Shown: positions 49,011 through 61,000 of the stretch, piece after piece
Position numbering within the stretch: position 1 is the stretch's first letter
Layout: each line of letters opens with the position of its first letter
IMG/VR virus record: IMGVR_UViG_3300025889_000085
Coordinates: 1 to 64,000 of that record
DNA length: 64,000 nt
Direction: 5' to 3' (one strand)
DNA from: a virus
Made by a program: the position numbers and the translations under genes
Notes under the pieces: model-generated
Seen by the model: only the letters and a program-made list of their open reading frames with translations
Told to the model about the DNA's origin: nothing
Database searches by the model: none

Positions 49011-52000
49011 ATGGCAATAACTAAAACTTTACCTTTCCTTCCTAGTGTTTTCCAAACCGAGACTAACGATAAGTTTTTAAGCACTACCCTTGATCAGTTA
49101 GTGACGGAGCCAAATCTCGTTCCTATTAATGGATATGTTGGCAGAAAGTTTACACCAGGTTGGTCTGGAATAGAATCTTACGTAAGAGAACCAAGTGGGG
49201 TTAGAGCAGATTATCAACTTGAACCAACCACAGTTGTTAAAAATGCTGCAGATGCAGACTCTGTTGAATTTTATAACACTTATCCAGAATTGCTGCAAAA
49301 AATTCAAGAACTTGGGGGCAACGTTGCAGATCAAGATAGGTTATTTACTAGTCAATTTTATACATATGATCCTAAAATAGACTATGATAAGTTTGTAAAT
49401 TATAGTCAATATTATTGGTTACCTGCCGGCCCTGATTCTGTAACTGTAAGTGCTACTAATATTGCAACTTCAAGGACATATTACGTTTATCCTGAAGACA
49501 ACATTAATGTTTACCGATTTAGCAGCGAAAGCAATGTTGGCAATCCTGATATTATTGTTGTAAGAGAAGGAACGTATCAGTTTGTTGTAAATCAGCCCGG
49601 CAAAAAATTCTACATTCAAACAGAACCTGGTTTAAGCGGAAGACAAACAAATAATAATAATTTAAGTTCTAGAGAGATCGAAGGTGTTACTAACAACGGT
49701 GATGATGTTGGTACAATTACCTTTAATGTTCCTATAAGTACTGCCCAAGACAATTTCTTAAATGCAACAAATGTTGCAGATGTCGGGTTTGTAACAAATT
49801 TAAAATATAGCCAAATTGACCAACAACTGTTAAGCACAGTTGCTGCATTGGGTGGTATAGATGGTGTAACTGCGAACACATTACTCGATGGCCAAAGTTT
49901 AGTTTTTGGTACTTATTACAGCGACAGTGCAGATTGGGATAGCGGTAGCGGTCCTGTTAGTGCAGGACTACGCTATGGAGTTTGGGATATTACTTTAACA
50001 CCAAGTGGCGGAGATTACTTAATTAGTTTAAGTTCAGGAACTGCCATACCAACAGGTAATAAAGTTACAATTTTAAGTGGTCTAAATTATGGTAATACAG
50101 AATGGTACAAAAATACATCAGGTTATCTGAGTCAAGTTCCTGTTATTACTGCACCATTTGACACGTTGTATTATCAAGACAGTGAGGATGCAGAACAATA
50201 TGGTCGTATTCAGATCCTTAGTGCAGTAACAAAAACAATAGATGTTAATACAGATATTATTGGTAGAAAAAATTATATTAGTCCAAATAAAATTACTTTT
50301 ACTAACGGACTTAAAATTAAATTCGATAATACCGTAACACCTGAAGTTTACAGAAACAACGAATACTATGTAGAAGGAGTTGGCGATTCAATAACTCTTA
50401 CTCCGGTAGAATGGTTAAGTGTTTTTTATAGTTCTAGCCAAGAAAATTTTAGCCCAGTTGTTCGTTTTGTAGGTACTACAACTTATGCAAATTTAAATCA
50501 ATCGAGAACACAACTAAGCATCGAAAGTAATGTTGATCCTTATACTGCAAATATTTCAACAGATTATGCCAGTTCAGGAGAAAACCGAAACAACATTTTC
50601 TCCAGCAACTTAAGTTTTCAATTTCCTTACAGAGGTGGGTTTAATACTGTTGGAGATAACGCTGACAATTTATTTCGAACAGGGACAATAGGTATGTCTT
50701 TGGTAGGAATACCATTTTATGGTCCAACCAATGAAGCATATATAGAAGGTAAAAATGCAACTTCGTGGCACTACAATTCCCCATATGTTAAAATTAATGG
50801 ACAAGATACCTATGGTGGTTATCCTGATTCAAATGGCATTTACCACTACAACGACAGCACGTTCATTACTGCAAATGCTTGGGGAAATGTTGCTGGCCTG
50901 GGTAGCAATCTGTATGTGGAAACTGACGGGCATAGCACACTATTAGGGTATGCTATAGACGGATATCCCATATACGGACCTTACGGGTATTCCAATCCTA
51001 TGGATAAAGATAGCGGCGCAGTATTAATGGTAAGCAGTTATCAAGCAGATGATGGTGCTTCTTATAGGCCTTTATCTAAACTGGTTACTGTTACTGCTAA
51101 CAACACTTCTGGGTCTAATATAACACTAAATTCGACTTTTGAACTTGAGCCCGGCATGAGGCTTACATTTAGTTCTAATGCTAGTATAACAACCCCAGAC
51201 GAGTACTGGATTGTTGCTGCCGGCCAACAATCCAGCGTCGGCCTTCCAAATAATAATTTAGGATTAAATCAGATCCAATTAAACAAAGACCTAATAATTT
51301 ATGCAAATACAGACATACAATTTGGCTTTCCTTCTGGTTCATTCATTGAGGATTATACGTACCAAGAAGGATTGGGTTCATTAGATAGGTTTAATGGTAG
51401 ATATTGTGTAACGCCCGACTATCCCAACGGGACCTATGCATACTTCTCGACTCAAGACACAACGGGTGTACCCACATACCCTTATTTTGTCGGACAAAAT
51501 TTCTATGGTAGTTTGGATATTAGTGATATCAATCAATTGACTGAACCAGACTATATTACCATTGATAGATCGAGTAGGGACCAAAATCCGTGGAGTAGAC
51601 GCAACCGTTGGTTTCATAAAGAAGTTCTTGCACAAACAGCAAGTTATAACGGAACTTCATTGATTAGTTTAGACACTTATCAAAGAGCACAAAGACCTAT
51701 TGTTGAGTTTATTCCTAATTTACAGTTAACTAACTTTGGCAATCTTGCACTAATACCTGTTGATATTTTTGATACCACGATTACACAACCATTCAGTGCA
51801 GTAGAAGGGGTCACTGGTATTTTCTTAGACGGTGTCAGGATCGTCGATGGTATGCGTATTATTTTTGCCAACGACATTGATCCGTTAACACGAAACAGGA
51901 TTTATGTTGTACGCTATGTTGACCAAGACGGTATTCCTTCAACTGCTCCTATTTTAACACTAAAACTAATCGTAGCCTATGACGGCATCCCTGATCCAGG

Positions 52001-55000
52001 CGAAACTGTTAGTGTTCTGAATGGTGTTAGTAACGGTGGTAAAAGTTATTGGTTTAACGGTGGCCAGTGGGTAGAAGGTCAGGTAAAGACTGGACTTAAC
52101 GTTGCGCCTTTATTCGACATTTTTGACGAAGATGGTAATAGTTTCACTGATAGGGACATTTATCCGTCAGTGAATACTGCAACAACATTTGACGGAACAA
52201 AACTATTCAGTTATCGAGAAGGAACTGGTACAGATGACAGTGTTCTTGGGTTTCCTTTAAGTTACAGATCACTTAACAATCAAGGTGATATAGAATTTGT
52301 AAACAACTTTGATGTTGATACTTTTGGTTACACCACAGATGGTGTCACAGAAGTAATAAAAAATATTAGTTTAGGTTATATTCATCGGAACAATGTTGAT
52401 GGTACAACTACTAAATTAACATGTTGGAATACAGTAGTAGAAAACACTAAACAATATCAAATTTTTAGTTATGAATTTGATGGAATAAACAACGATTTTA
52501 GTTTTGATATTGCGCCAAGTCAAAACACTGCTATTCCTAACCTACAAGTTTTAGTAAACTTTAAAAATCTGCAACAAACACAATATCAGGTAGAAGTAAG
52601 GCCAAATAATCAAAGATCAATTTCTATCAATAATAATCTTTTAAAATCTGGAGATAAGATAGATATTAAAGTTTACAGTACCCAAGTGTCTTCGCTTGGT
52701 TATTTTCAAGTACCTGATAATTTAAATTTCAATGTACAGAACGAAGTAGTTTCTTACCCTACGTTAGGACAAATTAGAAACCATGTAGGAAAACTTGTAA
52801 GAAGTAGCACACAATTTATAGGCGGGTATCCGGGCACTAGCAACCTTCAAGATTTGAACTTGACAGCATATCCTGGGGAAATACTACAACAAAGTAGTCC
52901 TATTAGTTATGCCAGTATGTTCTTAGTTGACAAAGACTTCAATTTTGTCAATAGCATTTATAATGCACAACAAGAGTATACCAGATTTAAGAATAAGTTT
53001 TTAAGTATTGCGACCAGCACCAATCAAATTGACTATAACGATCCTGTTTCTGGTGTAAACTACATTCTGAAAGAAATTAACAAAGTAAAAAATGATACTT
53101 TTCCTTGGTTTTATAGTGATATGGTACCATATGGCGACAATGTTAATGTAATATCCTATACTGTTTTTGATCAATTACAAACCAACTATGAAATTACAAC
53201 AACATTTAGCCTAAGTACACTGAGTAACCAGGCTATACTTGTTTACTTAAATGGTGTTCAGTTACTCAATGGGTATGATTATACTTTCTTAGCATCAGGT
53301 CCTGGCATTGCTTTAAGTTCTAATCTTTCAAGAAGTGTCGGAGATACATTAAAAATATATGAATATAGAAATACAGACGGAAACTATATTCCAGAAACAC
53401 CAACTAAATTAGGCCTTTATCCAAAGTTTAAACCTGAACTAGTGGCAGATAGTACTTATAGAACACCTATCTATGTAATAGTTGGCCACGACGGCAGCAG
53501 AACCCCAGCATTTAATGATTTTAGAGATACCTATCTATTAGAATTAGAAAAAAGAATCTATAATAATATTAAACAGGAATACAACGAAGATCAACTAAGC
53601 ATCTACAACAGCATGCCTGGCAAGTTTAGAACTAATGATTATAGTTTAACAACTTACAATAGAATCATTAGTCGCAGTTTCCTGTATTGGGCAGGACAAA
53701 ATAAAGTAGACTATAGCACAAACACAACTTACAACTCGGAAGATCCATTTACTTGGAACTATAGGACGGCTAAAGACAGCGACGGAGTATTTTTGCCAGG
53801 CAGTTGGCGTGCTTGTTACGAGTATTTTTACGATACTGTCAGGCCACACACAAATCCGTGGGAAATGTTGGGATTCAGCGAACGTCCTGATTGGTGGGTA
53901 TCTACTTACGGTCCTGCACCTTATACCAGTGGCAACACAATACTATGGACAGACTTAAAGAACGGATACATTGCTGGTGGCAGTAGACAAGGATACGATA
54001 CAACGTTTGCAAGATCCACATTACTAAGCATTATACCGGTAGATGCCCAAGGAAATCTGCGTAGTCCTATTGAAATACTTACTAACAATTATGATATTTC
54101 CAATATGGATGAAAATTGGAGTGTAGGCAATTGGGGTCCTGGTGAGTATGCTTGGAGGACTAGTAGTGATTGGCCTTATGCTCAGCAGATAGTTATGGCA
54201 TTGACCAAGCCTGCCCAGTATTTCGCATTAGGGATTCAGAAAAACAAATATGTTTACAGTTCAGTAATCAATCAGTACACTGTAACTGACACAAATTATA
54301 GACTGACACCATCAGATGTAGATATAAACGGAGACCAAGATGCCGATGGCAGTATTATCCGTTCTGCCGGATATTTAAATTGGATAAACGATTATCAAGT
54401 CAGTAATGGAGTATTGACAAAAACAAAACTTAATAGGTACTTGCACGATTATAAAATAAATCTTGCTTACAGAATGGCTAGTTTTAGTGATAAGAAACTG
54501 CTAAAAGTTTTAGCGGATCAGAACAGTCCTAGTAGCGTGAATAGTTCAGTTATTATTCCAGATGAAGATTACGAATTAATTTTAGGTAAATCTACTCCTT
54601 TAAGTAAAATAAAATACAGTGCAGTAGTAATTAAGAAAGTAGCCACTGGATTTGAAATTAACGGATATGATAGATCAAATCCAGTGTTTAACATTGTTGC
54701 CCCAAATATTGATAACGAATCGGATGTTATAACTGTTCTTGACCGGCAAGTCCAATATTTTACTAAGTTTAGAAATTATCGATTGACGATCCCTTACGGT
54801 ACAGTTTTAACAACTATTCAAGACGTTGCTAATTTTATAGCAGGATATGAAAGATTCTTACTATTGCAAGGATTCTCATTTGACTACTTTGATGAAGATC
54901 TGGGACAAATAAGAAATTGGCAATTAAGTACAAAAGAATTTATATTTTGGACTCAACAAGGCTGGCCTGTAAATTCTGTAATAGTTTTAAGTCCATTTGC

Positions 55001-58000
55001 AGAAAGAGCAAAGATCAGAACTAGGAACGCTTTTGTAGAAGCCATAGAAAATAGTTACTATGGTACCAAAGTAATGGATCAGAACTTTCGTATTCTTGAT
55101 AATGACACATATACCGTTAGAAGAGATCCACAACAGTTTTATTTAGAAATTGATGACATTAATAATAACAACTCTAGACTAATCGGTTATATCGAGTGTA
55201 ATCTTATCCAAATTGAAAATGTATTGATTTTTAACAATACAACTCAATTTAATGACATTATTTACAATCCTCAGTCCGGAGAGCGTCAGTATAAACTAAA
55301 ACTTATTGGACAAAAAACAGGCGAGTGGACAGGAAGTCTTTATGCGCCAGGATACATTTACAATGAGCCAGGCGTACCCGAATGGAGACAAAATAAAGAC
55401 TACCTTAAAGGTGACCTCGTTGAATACAAAACCTTTTATTATGCTGCAAAAGAAAATGTGCCCGGATCAGTAGAATTTAATTTTACTGATTGGAATCCAG
55501 TTGATAAAGATGCAATAAAAACAGGTCTTTTAAAGAACTTTAGTTTCAACGCTGGTCAGTTCACTGATTTTTATGACACTAACAAAGTTAACATCGAGTC
55601 AGAAGATGACCAATTGGGTTTCGGATTGATTGGCTTTAGAAGTAGGTCTTATCTAAGCAATTTTGGTGTTAACGACGCAAGTCAGGTTAAGTTATACCAA
55701 GGCTACATTAAGCAAAAAGGAACAAGGAATGCTATTAATTCATTGGCACAAGTAAGTCAGGATCCTTATACACCTACAGTAGGTGTTGATGTAAACGAAC
55801 AATGGGCATTCAGAGTCGGTAGTTATGGTGCTTTAGAAACTAATCAAGAAGTTGAAATAGTTTTGGATGAAAGTTATTTCCTAAGCAATCCAACAAGTTT
55901 GACCGTAAATCCCAATAACTCGATTACCTACAGTAGTATTTACACACGGCCCGATGACTTATATAGGACAACAACTATACCTTTTTCTAGTCCGTTTTTA
56001 TTAACAAGAACAGACAATACACCTAGAACTGATGACATACTGACTGCTGGATTTCCTAACATAGAAGATGTAGACTATACATTATTCAACTTAAATGACC
56101 TTAGCACTCTCAACGCTAATATTAACCAGATTGGATCAGGAACAACTATTTGGGCCGCAGTAGACTTTAACAAGGACTGGAATGTTTATTATGTTACCAG
56201 TATCCATGCTTCTGTAATTGAAATTGGAAATGCACTCAATGGCCGAGTAAGTTGTTTAACAAGTGGATTTCATAATTTAAGTAAAAATGATGTAATAGTG
56301 TTACAAAATGCTGAACAATTTTCAGGATTTTATAAAGTTTTAGAAGTAAATGGATTGAACTCATTTACTATTGAAACAGATTTAGATCTTAACGGGTTTA
56401 GCGGAGCAAGTGTAGATGCACCAGCCTATAAGTTGCAATCTTTAAGATATGACTATGCAACACAAATTAATTCTTGGACTCCAATAGACGGTTGGGCCGT
56501 TAATAGTAAAATCTGGATTAACAAGAATACAATAGATAGCGAATGGGGTGTCTACAATAAGACTGAGCCGTGGAGTGCCAACGTTAGTTTACCACAAAGC
56601 CAGTATTTTACAAATGGCTTGTTTGGTTCTAGTTTAAAAATTAGTACAGATAATAATTTTGTAATTGTTGGACAACCGGGATATAATGGAAATATCGGAT
56701 CTGCTGTAAACTATAAAAAATCTGGAAGCGGGTCACTAAGTCTTGACAGAACTATTACAGGATCTTCTAGTAACTTGCGGAGTTTTGGATTTAGTTTAGA
56801 AAGCCAAAACAATGTTGTTGCAGTCGGCGCACCAGATTCTGGAACAAACGGAGAAGGTTATACTTACATTTACACTAGAGATTTTACAGGAGCATTGGCC
56901 TTAAATCAGATACTAAGTGCAAGTAATGTAGACACAAGAAAATTTGGTTACAGTGTTGCAATGAGTTCTGACTACCAATGGCTCTATGTGGGCGCCCCAG
57001 ACACTGATCAGGTAATTGTTTACGGCTGGGATTCTTCAGTTGAAGAAGAAGTTGATACATTAACTGGAGACGGTAGTACTAGTTTTACGCTGACTTTTGA
57101 TCCTGCAGGCACCGAACTAGTTACAGTTAGTAACACGACAACAGAGTTTGTTCCTTATAGAGATTTTACAGTAAGTACCTTTGGGATTACATTCACTGCT
57201 AATACATCGGTCGATACATATGTTGTTAGACAACTCGGCCCTGGCTATAGAGAAATTACTACAATAAGCGGAACTGCAAACACTAGTTTTGGTTTTAGTG
57301 TCGCTACGAGCACAGAAGGAGCACAGGTTGTTGTAGGTGCCCCCACTTCTAATGTAACTGTTGGTAATACAAGTCTTCAAAGCGCAGGAACAATTAGTGT
57401 TTACGATAGATCTATCGAAAAGTTTGTTGCTATTTCTGGCCAAACAGATTTTGGAGGTGTGCGTAATCCAGTAAGCATTACCAAAGTATATATAGGAAGT
57501 GAACTACAAGTTAATGGTATTGATTACATTTTTTCAGGAGCAATCTGTCAGTTTGTAGTTGCGCCTGGCGCCGGCAAAATTATTACAATTGAAACAGACG
57601 AATTTAATCAAGTTGAAGAAACCGCAGCCGACTCACCACTAGCGGAAAACCAGTTTGGCTATAGTGTTGATTTATGTTCTTATAATTGTAGCATTTATGC
57701 AGGAGCACCTTATTATAGCAGTAATGAAGCAGCAGGAAAATTTCAAACTGGTGCAGTTTATCGTTTATTGAATCAAGGACGGATTTACGGTAATATAACT
57801 GGCGAGGTACAAAATCCAACAGTAACATCTGCTGACAGCATTAGACTAAATGATTATGAAGTAATTTTTACTGGTTCATCGCTCACACAAGTAGTATCTG
57901 ATATTAATAATAAACAAGTTCCTGGAGTTACTGCTTCTAACGCCAATGGATACCTTAGTATTGTAAGTAGCGGAACAATTTCTACTGACAAACTTCGTGT

Positions 58001-61000
58001 ATTACCGGGCACCGGATCTGCACTAACTGATTTAGGATTAGATGTATTCCCGCAAACTGAAATTATTTTAAACCCAACAAACTTTGCATTTGACCAGTTC
58101 GGCCAACGTGTGCTAATAGATAATACCAGCGAAAGACTTGCTATCGGTAGTACAGAAGCGATTACTATTGCAGACACCACATTTGATCTTGCAACTTTTG
58201 AAACAATTTTTGATGCCAATGGCACAAGATTTAAGGATGAAGTGGATTCTGGCGCCGTGTGGATCTTTAATTTACTAAGTGATAGTAGAGAAAATATTGA
58301 CAATCCAAGCCAATTTGCTTACGTTCAACAATTAAAACCAAGTAATATAACATCCCCTGATTTTAATATTACTGAAGGCATGAAATTTGGAAGTGCTTTT
58401 GATTTACAAAATCAAAAAATCTACGTTGGTGCAAAGAATGAAAGCACATTCGAAACGAACGCAGGCGCAGTGGCATTATTTGTTAATCCAGATAATTTGT
58501 ACGGTTGGGATCTGTATAGGTACGAAGAAGCAAAAATTGATACTACAGCCCTTATTAAGAGTTACACATACAGTGCTGAAAATCAGTTAATTATAGATAA
58601 TTTAGATTTTATTGACCCAGTTAAAGGAAAGATTCTTGGTGTAGCTGAGCAAGATATTACATACAAAGTTGACTACGATCCAGCAGTTTATAATAATGGA
58701 ACATTAGATACTGTTAGCATTGACCCTGAATTTTATTGGACAGATAAACGTGTTGGACAAGTTTGGTGGGATCTGAGCACAGTACGTTTTCTTGATTACG
58801 AGCAAGGCTCGGTACTATACAGGACAACAAACTGGGGCAGAGTTTTTCCTGGAAGTAGTATTGATGTCTACGAATGGGTAGAGAGTGATTATCCACCGAG
58901 TCGTTATGTAGAAACAGGTGGCGACGGCGAGCCTAAGTATCCAGACAACAGTGCTTACACAACAATTTCATACGTTGATCCGCAATCTAACACAACTCTA
59001 GTTAGGTATTATTACTGGGTTAAAAATAAAACAAATGTAACTGCAAACTTATTTGGTAGGACAATACCTACAACTTCTATTGCAGGATACATTAGTGATC
59101 CAAAATCTAGTCTTATTCCTTACTACGCAGCAATAAGACCGGATTCTGTGTCTCTTTACAATGTCCAAAACAAGACTGTAGGTAGAGACACAATTTTTCA
59201 TTTAAGTTATAAGACAGCAGACAATACTGCCATAATTCACAGCGAATATGCGCTGGTATCTGAAACTGGCGGAAATGAGAATTTAATTCCTAATTCTATA
59301 TATAACAAATTAGTTGACAGTCTTGCAGGATTAGATAAATTTGGAAACCCAGTTCCTGATCCTGCACTTGGTGTACAAGAACGCTACGGTATTGATATTA
59401 GACCAAGGCAGAGCATGTACATTGAAAGAGAATCTGCAGTAAAAACTTTTGTTACTTTTGTTAACAGTGTGTTTGCCAAGTACTTAATGAGTGAAGGTTA
59501 TAATTTATCTTTACTTAATGGCAGTGTATTAACAGCAGGCGGTAACGGCGAAACTATTCCCGATTCTAATTCTGGGGCCTACAATTTAACTGTAGATACT
59601 TACGACGAGCTAACTTATATTAACATCATTATTCAACCAGTTGGCTATAAAGTTCTTGTTTTAAATGATAGGACAGTTAGTAACCTTTGGACAATATATA
59701 CAAAACAGTCCGACAACACGTGGTTGTTAACTGACGTTCAGAGTTATAGAACAAGCGATTATTGGCAGTATATAGATTGGTATGCTCCTGGATTTACAGC
59801 AAAAACTGTTCCAAATTATACAATCAATACTTTTGCAGATTTATCGACTTTAACACAATTGCGTTCTAAAGATATTGTAAAAGTTCTAAACAATGGACAG
59901 AACCAATGGGTCTTATTGCAAATATTCCCTAACGTTGTAACTACAGTCGGTGTTGAAAATGGTACTATAAAGTTTTTAGACAGCTTGTGGGACTTACCTA
60001 ACAACGCTATGAGTTATGACAACGACTTATTTGACGGCGCAAGGTATGACCAAAACCCAAGTTTAGAGATAAGGCAATTAATACAAGCAGTCAAACAAGA
60101 TTTATTTGTAAATGAACTGGGCCCAGACTTCTTAGAATTATTCTTTGCTTTAATTTATAAAGCCTTACAAGAACAAAAGAGTTTGGATTGGGTCTTTAAG
60201 ACTAGCCTAGTTGATATTGTACAAAAAATAGACGGTTTAAACCAACCACAAATCTATTTTAAAGATGACACCGATTTTTACTTAGATTATATTGAGGAAG
60301 TAAAACCCTATCATACAAAAGTCAGGGAATTCATTGTAGACTATCAAGGCAACGATAATTGGACCGGTTATACCACAGACTTTGATGTACCATCATACTA
60401 CGACCCAGTATTTCAGCAATACAGAAGTCCTACAAGCGACTATGCACAAGATATAAATGCAAGAAACAATTTGTTGCAGTACAAAGATTGGAGAGACAAC
60501 TATCAATACTACATTGAAGAAATTACTGTAGCAAATGGGGGATCAGGATATACAAGTACTCCTAACGTAACAGTAACAGGCAGTAATATAGGAAATGATG
60601 CAGTAGCAAGGGCATTGATCACTAATGGAGCAGTTACACGCATTGAGGTATTATACCCAGGCTCTAATTATGTCTTACAACCCAATATTACAATTTCAGG
60701 AGGCAGCGGATCTGGCGCCACAGCATACGCTATAGTAAAAAATGATGTTACTAGAAAACTAAAAACTACTTTAGCGTATGATAGAATTACATACGGTTCT
60801 GAAGTATTAGTATGGACTGCTAATACATCTTATAGTGCCGGCAACATTATTACCTATTCAAACGTTGCCTATCAAGCCACGACATCATTTACTTCAGGAT
60901 CCACATTTAGCGGTACAAACTTAGAACTCTATGATGGAAATAGATTTAGAACTGCCAATGACAGGATTCAAAGTTATTACGTAGCCGAAACCGGCCAACC